DNA of 45,024 nt from a virus. Its lineage: Duplodnaviria; Caudoviricetes. Location: positions 1 to 45,024 of the IMG/VR virus record IMGVR_UViG_3300037991_000499, one strand, 5' to 3'. Positions 10,401 through 19,917 of this stretch are shown in pieces (position 1 is the first letter of the stretch; the number at the start of each line of letters is the position of its first letter). The position numbers and the translations under genes are program-made. The notes below the pieces were generated by a model. The model was given only the letters and a program-made list of their open reading frames with translations. It was not told where the DNA came from and made no database searches.

Positions 10401-11131
10401 TTGACATCTTCTTTACTTAAACTATCCACTACATTTTGAGGGATAAGTGTACCAGTTTGAGCTAACATAGGTTCAATAACAGAAAATGCTGTAATCATGT
10501 AATCAGGGTCTATTCGATATGAACGTGCATCACTAGTACGAACTGAAGCATTGAACCCCAGAGGTCCAATAAACAGAGATTGTTGATCTAACTTCACCTT
10601 ATTGTCAACATCAAGAGATGCTTCGTTCTCTTGAGGTGACTTAAGATTATCTATAGATCCAGCTTCTAAAAGAGCTAAGTCTGCTTCAAACTCAGGATCC
10701 CCATTTGTTCTTGCAGTGTACAGGTTATCGGAGTTATCCTTAACCTTAACTAGTGAATCAATAACTTCAGGTCCGGAAACAGGCCCCCAGATATTCATTA
10801 TATCAGTAGAGCCCATAAAACCCCGGGCATCAAAGTCCCCAACATCATACAAATTTTGCATTGAAGGAGGCTGCTCTCTTATTTGTTGTTGAAGTTCGAG
10901 AGTCTCAGGGCCCAATTTCGGTACGTTAAACTCACCCACGTAGCCAACCTCCGGAGAGGCAGCTACAGTAGGTTCTTGGGGTACTGGGGTTATACCCTCT
11001 TCAGTTACCTGTAAAGGCGCAGCAGCAGACTCTTGAGTAGCACCAGTTAGACGTTCACGTAGAAGTCTTGACAACTCGCTATCAATTTCTGCTTGCTTGC
11101 TTTTTGCTAATGTTTGCGATTTACCCGCCAT
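7496..11131 (-). CDS. Putative virion-encapsidated single-subunit RNA polymerase (N4 vRNAP-like)
   Basis: Motifs in the expected order: TRLTMQQQVMNPQAHKIAR, PVEVDGISNG (A), KNFLKPPMMTLPYG (B), PQVVIQLDG, LPIFDA (C). Last gene of the ejection-protein cluster. Confidence 0.8.
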   Translation of the reverse strand: MAGKSQTLAKSKQAEIDSELSRLLRERLTGATQESAAAPLQVTEEGITPVPQEPTVAASPEVGYVGEFNVPKLGPETLELQQQIREQPPSMQNLYDVGDFDARGFMGSTDIMNIWGPVSGPEVIDSLVKVKDNSDNLYTARTNGDPEFEADLALLEAGSIDNLKSPQENEASLDVDNKVKLDQQSLFIGPLGFNASVRTSDARSYRIDPDYMITAFSVIEPMLAQTGTLIPQNVVDSLSKEDVKDLGLQQEIEESQAQTIESMGRSIQKMWYATRGAREGGEFTRPSLENMPKLTQEAYSLAGLHAMQMYAQANPEILKAVPYDTDNDFYQLTPYGQEKIKERAARLKLPTFKIKPLVGTPSSRGQPRQGSQAFAKETTGRQLKTGIKHQNKIYEAMSYYANVRHVVGGMRGKLAFAFGLKAIQEATKARVMGGNSHFTYAADFFDIGQDRINKINRIPVEAQFKLDEVIKQIQSSLPGSPRAEFLANKAEALRDLISESSKESWQQSMYQRHATRQLEMLNDLAVHKDQQISFTFSRQLANTRLTMQQQVMNPQAHKIARNVLGSSSLYTIKPGVNSKEHTAMLVSFGATLFNQALFVPEQSASRMKARIADFKNDPELRIVEHAGKELATVMLGFNPDSTVSRLSQLEANENGIFGVNELVTVPEADALNEALGGLSGTTLAFLNKAKEHPAEFISIIEHAMEFARYMDAKNNNKSFTSQMRPVEVDGISNGLAAIVTQLGLQDPMYRVGVLQDDPDKVLSDYLGIEGDLRDLLKANILSNANNYLENESFKRMHNIADSEDAGLIMEAIKLAADDKKNFLKPPMMTLPYGQSLSAMKGQAYKTIAESKRLTQIADQLGTDMLAGALHHVLTGELTNTLGKDVVDYIQTLQDYIEMSAIVNEPIVYTNALGIKSSINEREYSYESIKEIPTRIRAKGESGSFIETSEKSPGVSGLESQRKKLTTMVRQVISMVKAKGGIPGGATRGAGGPQVVIQLDGATMVNIVTGEVISKLRKENGGRDPYILPIFDAVVTDLGSFLSVTKGINDVWLKMHKEYDLLGELEKGFKTTELVGLAKMKKAAQDNPKAAMSDRNHAEYLWGLITQMAADPEKSTEKYGSRITGRAEKFVESVRKSLPKGGDPVAKITNANAYSFSKMFFETSYSNKIKSKFSIIAKNAKQRREKLLKDLKGIHQYSTDNVKMDYEGIPLP

Positions 11132-11142
11132 TGGGTTCCTCC

Positions 11143-14100
11143 TTAATTCAATGTATATTCTGTAGCTCTGTGCTTGACAGAACCTAGGAATGGTAAACTA
11201 CCATAGAAGTTTTTAACCATCTTAACGTCATCATCTTCCATGTATCCTTCAGCTATCCCATATACCCTTTCTACTGTACCTACAGCAGCAGCTTCACCAG
11301 CTACGTTGTTCCATAGGAAGTGTAAGGGTGTAGGGCTTCTGTCTTCACCATATAATGGGAATAAGAAGTTACTGCCGAGTATTCGTTCACCAGTCCCTAA
11401 CAGACCTGAAGAGTAAATACCTCTAAGTACTTTTTCACGATCAGTCAAATATGGACTTGACTCACCATACTTAAGTTCATCTTTAATTGCTTGGGATAGG
11501 AATGACATGAATACCATAGTAGCTAATGTAGCAAAAGTAGAGTAACGTAACCCCACGTTGCCCTTAACACTTTCCCAAAGTCTTGGTATTTGGTTTGCTG
11601 TGAATGTTGACACATAACCATTAAACTGGGTCAATAACATAAATCGTGGGTCACTATAGAATAGTGGACGATTGAATGCGTTAGGCATTGGTACAGCTTG
11701 GTTTATAAAGTTAGTAGCTCCATTAAGGAACTGAGTTTCCCAGAACACCTGATCTTGGGCGTTAAGTTTGTCTAGCCCACCTTTGGCTACCATCTTTTCT
11801 GAAATGTCTACCATTCGATCAACAGGAACACCTAGGTCTTGTAGCATCCTACGTGCATTCCGAACTTCATTAGTTTCAGGTCTACCTCGACTTGTGTAAA
11901 CAAGCGATAGCTTTTCCATCAAGAAATCATTATAGAATGCAGCTCGTATGTGCCTGTGCATTTGAGTCTGATCTTGCAAGAAGTTAGCCTTAAAGAAAGC
12001 ATCTGCAATAACACGAGTAAAGTCGTTAGTCTCAGTCATACCAGTTGTAGTTGCTGCACCTGTTTCTTGTAGACCCAGACCAGCTCTATTGACGAGATCC
12101 TCAGGGGATCCACGTTCAACTTGGGAGCCTTTACCTGACTCCATAATACCAGCTTCTTTAGCTACACCAGAAACCCTAGAGACTTCCCCAAGGTTCTTCA
12201 TGTAGTTTGCTAATGCCTTACCAGCTTGTTGACCAACAGTTCCAATGTTATCTAGTAGTATTTCACGAGAAACACCATGAGGTAATAAACCCCATTCTGG
12301 TAATGAAGAAAACGCAGCTAGGCCCAAACCCTGAAGTGCAGTAAGTAGTGTTAAGTACTTTTGTGCATTCTTAAGGAATGGTGACTCGATACGATTGTAG
12401 TTACCAGATTCAGCGTTAAGTAGGTTTCTTACGTTAAAGGCAGCTTTACTAATGTCTTTCATTAAGCTGTCTAATACTCGCTGATCCCCAGCGGCATACT
12501 CTCTAGCTTCTTTAACCATATCTTCAAACGCTTGGTCTACCAATGAACCATCTTGACCGAAGAAAGTCATATGAGCTTGGTAACGAGCATTAGCACGAGC
12601 AGCTTCACTCATATTATTAAAGAAGTTCTGATCTAAAAACTCAGCAAACTCAGGGTTATCAGATAAACCAAACTTACGACTCTTATGTTCTCCCGGTAGG
12701 ATACCACCTTTTAAAACATCAAAAGCTTCTTGAGCATTAGTGATATTCTGGTTATTAATGATCGAATATGTAATCGCTTCAGCTTCACCTTTACTTAACT
12801 GAGGGTAGTTTTTCATAAGTGTGTTTACAAACTTAACACGATTCTTTTCGATATAGTCTCGCTTAAAACCTTTATGCCTAAATATCCAATCAGGTAAATT
12901 ACGAATAGCTGCCCTGTTAGCTGCTTTATTTATATCGTTAGTTTCTTTAAGCATACGGACTGCCATATTGTCAGCCCTTGTAAGAGTCTCTATAAGAGCT
13001 TCTTTGTTATCCCTGTAGGTAGGGTCCAGTGACTTCCAATCGACCTTATTAAGGGCCTCTCTGACAGTCATAGAACCATCTTTACCTTGCTTGGTAATGT
13101 TAATCAAAACTTTCCTGTAGAAACCATCAATAATCTTAGATGCCTCTTCAGCTTTAGCAGCAGCAGACTTAGCTTTGTTGACAGTGAACTTATCTATAAG
13201 ATCCTCAGACTTACCTAATGTTTCGTTAAGAGAAGCATTGATGTGTCCTTGGAGGTTGGTAAAGCTACGTCCGGGGAGAGCCCCACCAGTTGTATGACCT
13301 AATACAGATAAGAATCTAGCTGCTGTAGGTAACTTAGCACCTAAGTCTCCTAGGTATCTTGATGAAGCTGCTTGGAAGAACCCTAAGGGGCTCTGAACAA
13401 ACTGCCACATTTTACCGATAGTCGTAGTTTCTTCAGCTTCATAGTTAGCAGCAAGACTATCTGTAGTTATACTTTTGACTTTCTTACGTTTGCCTTTCTT
13501 ACCTTTGACTTTTTTAGCATTTACTTTTTTCTGTTGAGCTGCAGTCCATTCTTCATTTACACGAACTTTGTCATACTCTTGAACTTCTTTTTCAGAGGCA
13601 TAGTCAAACTTTCTTCTATCTTCTGGATCTGCGTTAGTCAAAGCATCAGCAACTCTTTTCCAATCCCCAGCGTCATAAGCTGCTCGAGGGATCATAAACG
13701 TACCACCTAGTAAACCACCAGCTGCAGCAGCGTTTATTAATCTGTTTTCAACTTCATCAAAGTCCCATTCTTTGTTAGAACCTAATACAGCTGCAGTGTA
13801 CTGTGTAAGCTCCTGCATCATCTCCGTAGCTGATTCCCCAGCAGCACCTTTAGAGATCTGACCAACAGCTCTCCTTAATGCAACGCCTCGAGCAACCTGA
13901 TCTTGAGCTAATCGTAGCCCATCAGACGACAGTTCAGCTAAAGCACGTTTAGACATACTAGCAACCATCTGAGATGCTTGATCGTAAGTGAGACCATCTT
14001 CTTCCCTGAGATACTCAATAAGTTCTTTACGACCTTCTTTTGTTATTGCCTGTGAAGGAGATATAAGACCTTTGGCACCCACTCGATCAGCTACCATCAT

Positions 14101-15201
14101 CAGTGCACCAGCACCCAACGCTAAGCTAAAGCTTTTCTCGCTAACCGGGCCTTCCATTTCATCAAGAACAAGACCAGTGTACATTGTGGCAGGTACAGCA
14201 AAGGCAGCACCACCTGTCATAGGGGCAGCAGCAGTAGATGCTATAGCTGCTATAGTCATACTCATGTATGGTAGAGAACTACCCATAAGAGATGCAATTG
14301 AGTCAGTGGCTTCGTCAAATGAAGTCCAATCAACCTCAGTAACATCAGTACGCATCATAGGCATAGCAGCGAGTTCATTCTCGTATGTACCAATACCAGA
14401 TGCAAAGTATGTATCTAAGTCTTCAAAACCAGCCATGTTAGATAGCTTACGACCAACCTCTAGGAAGCTCTGGCCTACGCCCATCCAACCGATGTCCCAG
14501 CCAGTACCAAAAGGAGTATTAGTCATACCCTCAGGATCAGCACCAGCAATACGAGTTCGGATGCCCTTGTATAAATCTGGATTAGCAGCATACTCTTGCA
14601 AGTTAAATGCCATGACTTTTTGTACAGGTATACCTCCGGTATCTGCAGTTTCAGCTGAACGTATAATTTTTGCAGCCTTTTCAAAGTCATTAAGGTCATT
14701 GAAGTTAGTGTCACGTAGAGACCTACGTAGTACCCCAGCTCGGTAAACATCGCTACCATACTGATCAGTGGTGATGTCAGACTTACCCATAAACCCGGGG
14801 AGTACTAGCCCTGAAGCTAGTAGCATATCTGACAATGCGTTACCATCATCATCATAAAGATCGCCAATGTTACGACCACGATCATCTTCAGTATCACCTA
14901 GCTTAACATTAGTAAAACCATGTTTGTTTGCCAGAGACCAGATATAAGATGTAGCTAGTTCAGCACCAGCTTCACCATACTTGTACCCTTCACCTTCGAT
15001 AAACTTAGAAGTTTCTCGTGTGTCTACGTTACCAATACGAACCCTCTTACCAGTAGTGTTATCAACGATAGTATCACCATCAATGAAACTCCAATTAGAG
15101 GATCCAACTTGAAAAGAAGCAGGAGCTTGAGATGACGAGCCAACGTCCCCAAAACTTATTCCTTTTAACAATTGAGCCGTAAGCTCATCATTCTCGCGCA
15201 T
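11143..15201 (-). CDS. Large internal virion/ejection protein with N-terminal thermonuclease-like domain
   Basis: IDGDTIV, RVRIGNVDTRE, DDRGRNIG; hydrophobic Ala/Gly segments; QFNGY near the C-terminus; position in the ejection cluster. Confidence 0.65.
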   Translation of the reverse strand: MRENDELTAQLLKGISFGDVGSSSQAPASFQVGSSNWSFIDGDTIVDNTTGKRVRIGNVDTRETSKFIEGEGYKYGEAGAELATSYIWSLANKHGFTNVKLGDTEDDRGRNIGDLYDDDGNALSDMLLASGLVLPGFMGKSDITTDQYGSDVYRAGVLRRSLRDTNFNDLNDFEKAAKIIRSAETADTGGIPVQKVMAFNLQEYAANPDLYKGIRTRIAGADPEGMTNTPFGTGWDIGWMGVGQSFLEVGRKLSNMAGFEDLDTYFASGIGTYENELAAMPMMRTDVTEVDWTSFDEATDSIASLMGSSLPYMSMTIAAIASTAAAPMTGGAAFAVPATMYTGLVLDEMEGPVSEKSFSLALGAGALMMVADRVGAKGLISPSQAITKEGRKELIEYLREEDGLTYDQASQMVASMSKRALAELSSDGLRLAQDQVARGVALRRAVGQISKGAAGESATEMMQELTQYTAAVLGSNKEWDFDEVENRLINAAAAGGLLGGTFMIPRAAYDAGDWKRVADALTNADPEDRRKFDYASEKEVQEYDKVRVNEEWTAAQQKKVNAKKVKGKKGKRKKVKSITTDSLAANYEAEETTTIGKMWQFVQSPLGFFQAASSRYLGDLGAKLPTAARFLSVLGHTTGGALPGRSFTNLQGHINASLNETLGKSEDLIDKFTVNKAKSAAAKAEEASKIIDGFYRKVLINITKQGKDGSMTVREALNKVDWKSLDPTYRDNKEALIETLTRADNMAVRMLKETNDINKAANRAAIRNLPDWIFRHKGFKRDYIEKNRVKFVNTLMKNYPQLSKGEAEAITYSIINNQNITNAQEAFDVLKGGILPGEHKSRKFGLSDNPEFAEFLDQNFFNNMSEAARANARYQAHMTFFGQDGSLVDQAFEDMVKEAREYAAGDQRVLDSLMKDISKAAFNVRNLLNAESGNYNRIESPFLKNAQKYLTLLTALQGLGLAAFSSLPEWGLLPHGVSREILLDNIGTVGQQAGKALANYMKNLGEVSRVSGVAKEAGIMESGKGSQVERGSPEDLVNRAGLGLQETGAATTTGMTETNDFTRVIADAFFKANFLQDQTQMHRHIRAAFYNDFLMEKLSLVYTSRGRPETNEVRNARRMLQDLGVPVDRMVDISEKMVAKGGLDKLNAQDQVFWETQFLNGATNFINQAVPMPNAFNRPLFYSDPRFMLLTQFNGYVSTFTANQIPRLWESVKGNVGLRYSTFATLATMVFMSFLSQAIKDELKYGESSPYLTDREKVLRGIYSSGLLGTGERILGSNFLFPLYGEDRSPTPLHFLWNNVAGEAAAVGTVERVYGIAEGYMEDDDVKMVKNFYGSLPFLGSVKHRATEYTLN

Positions 15202-15204
15202 AAT

Positions 15205-16971
15205 CTATTCCTTCTTAGTTGCTTTTTTGTTCAAACCTAACAAGTCATTAAAGTAATTTTCATCTTTACCTACAAGGCTAAAGAAGCTGTTAAACTCTTT
15301 ACCTGTTCCGGTAGTGTCAGTAATCCATTCAATAAATGGAGTTGACTTGTTGTTAGTAGCGACTCTAGTCCAGTAGTCGTTAAACTGTTCGTTAGACTTT
15401 CGGTTGTTAAAGTCTTTGTAAGCCTTCTCAAAGACATTTTCAAATCTAACTAACTTATTGATTCTAACTTCTTCTTGTCTAACTTGAGTAGCCGTTAAGT
15501 CCTTTCTTGCGTATAATCTTTCTAAAGCTTGAGAGCGTACTGCATTGACGTCCCTAATACGATTAGATAATTTGTTCTGAGCATCACTGCTTGCCATATT
15601 ACCTTTAAGCATGTAGATTTCCCTAGGTAAGTTTACTTTAGCAGCCTTCATCATCATGCGATCAAACTGACCTTGAGCAGAAGCTATATTGACAACCCCA
15701 CCCGATGCTACTTCACGAGCAAGCTGACCCATAGCTTCTCTCAATGCCTGTTGTCCAGTAGGTGATTCTAAGTATTCTAACCCATAGGAGTCCACAAGAT
15801 TAGAAACAAGTTGGTCTGAAATACCAGCTTCTGAAAACATTTGTTTAGCAATATCTATGTTTTGTTGCTCATAACCCTCAGGTCTCGCGTCACTTTTAAC
15901 AAGATCTTCAAGCTCATCTATTATAGCTGGTTTAAACTTATCTCTGACTTTCTCTGAAGCTTTGATAATACGAGTGTTCCTATCTTCCTCACCTGACTTT
16001 GACAGACGATGACCAGAGGTAGATACTTGATAAGCTACGTTTTCAGGAGCATTAACAGGTCTGAAGAATTTACCATTAGGGGATACATAAGATTCAACAA
16101 AGTTACCCTTATGGTCAACCATGGTTACAACTTTAGACATATCAATAGCATTCTTAGCTGCGGCTTCAGCTTCAGACTTTAATCGTAGTTTTTCTGCCTT
16201 AGCATCAGCTTCCATACCAGATAACAACACTTGTCCTGCAGCCATACCAGAGCCACTACCAGAGTAGCCCATAAGACGAGCACCTAAGTAGTACACTAAT
16301 GCACGTTGGATATTCTTATTACCGAACAAGTCACCAAGTAAAGAAGACTCCTTACGTATAGCTTCAGAAGGTGATTCGCCTCCATCAATTCTGCTAACTA
16401 TATTCTCAGCCATATCTTGAACTTTTGAATCATCCTCTGGATCTAAATCCTTATCAACCTCATCTTTATCAATTCCACTAGCAGCATCAGTTATCTTGTC
16501 TAACTCGTAATTGTTAATTTCAAATTGTTTTTGACTAACAACAGGTAATCCTGCCTCAGTATTTTTTTCAACATAATTTTTATAGTTTTGATTAGAATTT
16601 TCTGCAGAAGCTCTTTTAACATCCTGCTCTCTAGCAAATGCATCCTCAATTAAATTCTTAGCCCATTCATTCCTTTCATAATCTTCAGATGTTAGCTGTT
16701 CACCAGACTTAGCTTTTTCAACTAATCGATCTCTGATTTCGTTTGCAATGCTAAGATCTTCGTCTTGTAGTGCATCAGCACCTTCTTGCATCATCTTAGG
16801 GTATTCAAGCGTAGCTTCAATAGCCTTTTTATGTGCTTCACTTTGTTGAGCTACAGGGTTGATTGGAACTCCCTGCATAGGTGGAACTACCATAGTTTTA
16901 TCAGTTGAAACTTCAGGTGGTACCTCAGGTTTTTCAGAGTCACCTAGTAACTTTTCAATTAAATAATACAT
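15205..16971 (-). CDS. Putative internal virion protein
   Basis: Long charged, helical-looking ORF; position only. Confidence 0.55.
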   Translation of the reverse strand: MYYLIEKLLGDSEKPEVPPEVSTDKTMVVPPMQGVPINPVAQQSEAHKKAIEATLEYPKMMQEGADALQDEDLSIANEIRDRLVEKAKSGEQLTSEDYERNEWAKNLIEDAFAREQDVKRASAENSNQNYKNYVEKNTEAGLPVVSQKQFEINNYELDKITDAASGIDKDEVDKDLDPEDDSKVQDMAENIVSRIDGGESPSEAIRKESSLLGDLFGNKNIQRALVYYLGARLMGYSGSGSGMAAGQVLLSGMEADAKAEKLRLKSEAEAAAKNAIDMSKVVTMVDHKGNFVESYVSPNGKFFRPVNAPENVAYQVSTSGHRLSKSGEEDRNTRIIKASEKVRDKFKPAIIDELEDLVKSDARPEGYEQQNIDIAKQMFSEAGISDQLVSNLVDSYGLEYLESPTGQQALREAMGQLAREVASGGVVNIASAQGQFDRMMMKAAKVNLPREIYMLKGNMASSDAQNKLSNRIRDVNAVRSQALERLYARKDLTATQVRQEEVRINKLVRFENVFEKAYKDFNNRKSNEQFNDYWTRVATNNKSTPFIEWITDTTGTGKEFNSFFSLVGKDENYFNDLLGLNKKATKKE

Positions 16972-17477
16972 TACTTACCTCCTGCACCCTTGCCACCACC
17001 CACTGGTGGGTTAGTTTGACGAGGTATCCCAATAGGTTGTCCACCTCCTGCAGTGATAGGATTGCCTTCACGATCCCTAAGAACAACAGGGGGTGCTTGA
17101 TACGCAGGTTGACCCATCATAACCATATCAGGTACACGAGTTCCGTAATCAGGCTGACCCACCATAACCATATCAGGTACTTGAGATTCTACACCCCGAA
17201 CTAAGTTAATTGATTCGTAGGGTGTTTGTTTTTGCCAACTTGGGGCTGCACCTTCAACCATAAGTTGTCCAGAGGAGTCAGGTTGAACCAGCACACGATT
17301 CATTGAATCATCTACAGGTATTAGTTCCATAGTAGGTTGTACATCATCCTTAACAAAAGCCATTCCTCCATAGCTTCCGGGATATTGAGTACCACGAACA
17401 TTTAGATCACCTTTATCATCCGTAAGTCCAATCTCTAGGTCTTCTAAAAACCGATCTATTTCTTTATTTACACTCAT
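16971..17477 (-). CDS. Hypothetical protein with internal 15-aa duplication
   Basis: Translationally coupled to both neighbours; VPDMVM.GQP.Y occurs twice. Confidence 0.65.
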   Translation of the reverse strand: MSVNKEIDRFLEDLEIGLTDDKGDLNVRGTQYPGSYGGMAFVKDDVQPTMELIPVDDSMNRVLVQPDSSGQLMVEGAAPSWQKQTPYESINLVRGVESQVPDMVMVGQPDYGTRVPDMVMMGQPAYQAPPVVLRDREGNPITAGGGQPIGIPRQTNPPVGGGKGAGGK

Positions 17478-18361
17478 CTATTATCTCCAAATAAAGATCT
17501 AATAACATCCAAAAGACTTACATTAGATTCTCTTTTATTCATGTTCGGATCCGGTACAGGACCACTACTAGTAGCACCAGAACCAGAGGTATTCCTAGTA
17601 GGAAAGCTACCCTGATTTACAGGGGGTACCTCTTTAGATGCTTGTTGCATTTGTTTAAACTTATCTACCAGAGAGTACTCTTGTCTTCCACTAGAGGATA
17701 CACCTACAGGTTTTAGACCAGCTATATCAGGTACTGTGTGAATTACTTGTCCGGGGTATATTAGGTTAGGGTCTTTTATAAGGTTATGCGCTAGTAGTTG
17801 ATCAACTGTTACACCACTTTTCTTAGCGATACCATATAAAGTATCACCAGGTTTTACAGTGTGCATCTTATCGCTTTCTACTTCTTTTTGAGAGTCACCA
17901 TACCTACGCATAGCGTCAGCTGTACTGTCCATACGTTTGTAAATACCAGTGCCTTTTTTCTTGGACTCACGATAACCTTTGTGGTCTAGGAACTCGTCAG
18001 CAGCTTCGTCATATTTACCTTCGTTTAGAAGTTTAACCCATTTGTGTTTCTTCTCTGCATTACCACGATAAACAGTACCTACAAGATGCTTTTGTAAATC
18101 AAAAGGTAACCCCTCGTAGTTTTTAAATAAACCTCGAGTTACATCAACTTTACCTGAGAGAACAGTAGGAAAATCAACACCTTTGTTTCCACCAACTTGA
18201 CCTACCCCAGAAGTTGTTATACCTTTTGTATCTTTATAGTCACCAGTTGAGTAACCTTCTTCCCCAACAATATAACTTTCTAGTTCGGTGAGAGGTCTCT
18301 TGAGTAGTTTTGAAACTTGCTTTCGAGCATCATCTCCGTGATATATTTTAGATGTTGACAT
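17474..18361 (-). CDS. Lysozyme (GH24-like) with LysM domain
   Basis: EEGYSTGDYKDTKGITTSGVG (E-x8-D-x5-T triad); LysM HTVKPGDTLYGIAKKSGVTVDQLLAHNLIKDPNLIYPGQVI. Start moved to MSTSK after AAGGAG. Confidence 0.88.
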   Translation of the reverse strand: MSTSKIYHGDDARKQVSKLLKRPLTELESYIVGEEGYSTGDYKDTKGITTSGVGQVGGNKGVDFPTVLSGKVDVTRGLFKNYEGLPFDLQKHLVGTVYRGNAEKKHKWVKLLNEGKYDEAADEFLDHKGYRESKKKGTGIYKRMDSTADAMRRYGDSQKEVESDKMHTVKPGDTLYGIAKKSGVTVDQLLAHNLIKDPNLIYPGQVIHTVPDIAGLKPVGVSSSGRQEYSLVDKFKQMQQASKEVPPVNQGSFPTRNTSGSGATSSGPVPDPNMNKRESNVSLLDVIRSLFGDNR

Positions 18362-18371
18362 CAGTGTCTCC

Positions 18372-18860
18372 TTATTTTTTACGAGATGCAGCGTATAAAG
18401 CGCCACCAATTAACAATGGAATACCAATAGGACCTAATGCCGCAGCACCTTTACCAGCAGCTCCACCGAGAGATGCACCTGTGGTTCCTGCTGCCTTAGC
18501 AACTACAGGAGCTACTTGGCTACCAGATCCGATAACAGCCTGAGCTGCCAAAGGTGATAGAGTTCCACCTGCAGAAGCAGCGCCAACTTCCATAAGACCT
18601 TTAGCTTGGGCTAAGTTAGAGCCATAACCCATAGTAGTTTTACGAAGAGAGTCTTTGAAACCCTCTTTCAAAGGATCTTTAATCATACTGTCAACTTTAT
18701 CAGAAACAGCTTGAGATGCTATAGACCCCAGTTGCTGCTCCATAGTCATATCCTTCTTCATCTGAACAGGGGTAATGCTATGTGGAGACCCTGCGATCTG
18801 AGGAGTTTTACCCCCAGTAGCCAAAGGCGCATAAGGGTTTTGTTGAATGTCTCCGTACAT
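18372..18860 (-). CDS. Ala/Gly-rich putative ejection protein
   Basis: Ala/Gly-rich with hydrophobic C-terminus; position. Confidence 0.55.
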   Translation of the reverse strand: MYGDIQQNPYAPLATGGKTPQIAGSPHSITPVQMKKDMTMEQQLGSIASQAVSDKVDSMIKDPLKEGFKDSLRKTTMGYGSNLAQAKGLMEVGAASAGGTLSPLAAQAVIGSGSQVAPVVAKAAGTTGASLGGAAGKGAAALGPIGIPLLIGGALYAASRKK

Positions 18861-19465
18861 TACTTACCTCCAGTAGAAGTAGTCACTTGTTCCTTAGGAG
18901 CTACACCAGAGAATAAACCAATACGCTGAGCTAATGCTGTGTATGGTGCATCTAGTTCTCGTTGTTGTTGAGCTTGCTCTGCCTGACCAATTTGACCTAA
19001 TGTCTTAGCACCTAAACCTTGAGCACCTAATGCAGCCTGTAAGTTTTGCATCTGCATTTGTTGAGCCTGCTGATCGATACCAGCAAACTGTGCTGCTAAG
19101 CCCTGTTCAATACTTGCTTGGTTTACTGCCTGACGACTACCACCAAGACCACCTCGTTGTCCTGCAGCAGCAGTAGAGGTTCCTAGAGCTCCCTGTGCTT
19201 GTTGTAAAGCAGCAGCTCTAGCTCCTGATAAATCTACAGGTCTACTAGCAATATCAGCCATGCTAGTCTCAAGACCTGTTTGAACCCCTGATGCAGCCTT
19301 ACCTGCTTCTAGTGCAGCAGTACCTGTGTCAGTAAAGCCAGCTACTTTACCTAGCTGACCTGTATCATAGAGACTTTTAGCTTCGTTAAGCATCTCTGAT
19401 ATTTCAGGTTTAAACTCTGATGCAAATCCAGAGGTTGTTGTTTGTGTTTGTGGACCACCACCCAT
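18860..19465 (-). CDS. Putative DNA-transfer/ejection protein (P22 gp7-like composition)
   Basis: MGGGPQTQTTTS start; Gln/Ala/Gly-rich. Confidence 0.6.
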   Translation of the reverse strand: MGGGPQTQTTTSGFASEFKPEISEMLNEAKSLYDTGQLGKVAGFTDTGTAALEAGKAASGVQTGLETSMADIASRPVDLSGARAAALQQAQGALGTSTAAAGQRGGLGGSRQAVNQASIEQGLAAQFAGIDQQAQQMQMQNLQAALGAQGLGAKTLGQIGQAEQAQQQRELDAPYTALAQRIGLFSGVAPKEQVTTSTGGK

Positions 19466-19475
19466 AATACTTCTC

Positions 19476-19916
19476 CTATACTGTAAAGTCTTCTTTGAGA
19501 CTCTTACGCATGGTTACATATCGTTCTTTCCAGCCAGCCTTTTCTAATGGCCTGACCAGACCTCTTCGTCCTGTAAATTCCACGCAATCAATTTGGGGAT
19601 ATTCTTTCATCATCTCAGTGAACGTGTTTGTCCACTCGATAAGGTTATTGTTTGTTTTGCCTCCCAAAGTGATCACATGGATGGCAATGAAGTTATTGTA
19701 TTGCACGATACGAGTAGAGGCTGTAGCAATCTTATTGCCATTCTCGTAGACGTACCATATGTGCATAATGTTAGGGTCTGTGATAGCACCCTGTATTACT
19801 TGTAGAGAAGTCCACTCTCCTGAACTGTGAGTCAGTGCTTTGGAAATCTCTGGTTCAATTTCAGAGTAGTCCTTAAGGATGTCCTCTACTTCTAATCGTA
19901 CAATATCAATACTCAT
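19476..19916 (-). CDS. GNAT-fold virion assembly protein (T7 gp13-like position)
   Basis: VEFTGRRGLVRPLEKAGWK C-terminus; GAGGA RBS before MSIDIV. Confidence 0.6.
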   Translation of the reverse strand: MSIDIVRLEVEDILKDYSEIEPEISKALTHSSGEWTSLQVIQGAITDPNIMHIWYVYENGNKIATASTRIVQYNNFIAIHVITLGGKTNNNLIEWTNTFTEMMKEYPQIDCVEFTGRRGLVRPLEKAGWKERYVTMRKSLKEDFTV

Positions 19917-19917
19917 T

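Noticed and set aside
13988-14759. 252-aa + ORF and 78-aa - ORF inside the 1352-aa gene
   Set aside because: Antisense or alternate-frame shadows of Ala/Gly-rich coding sequence.
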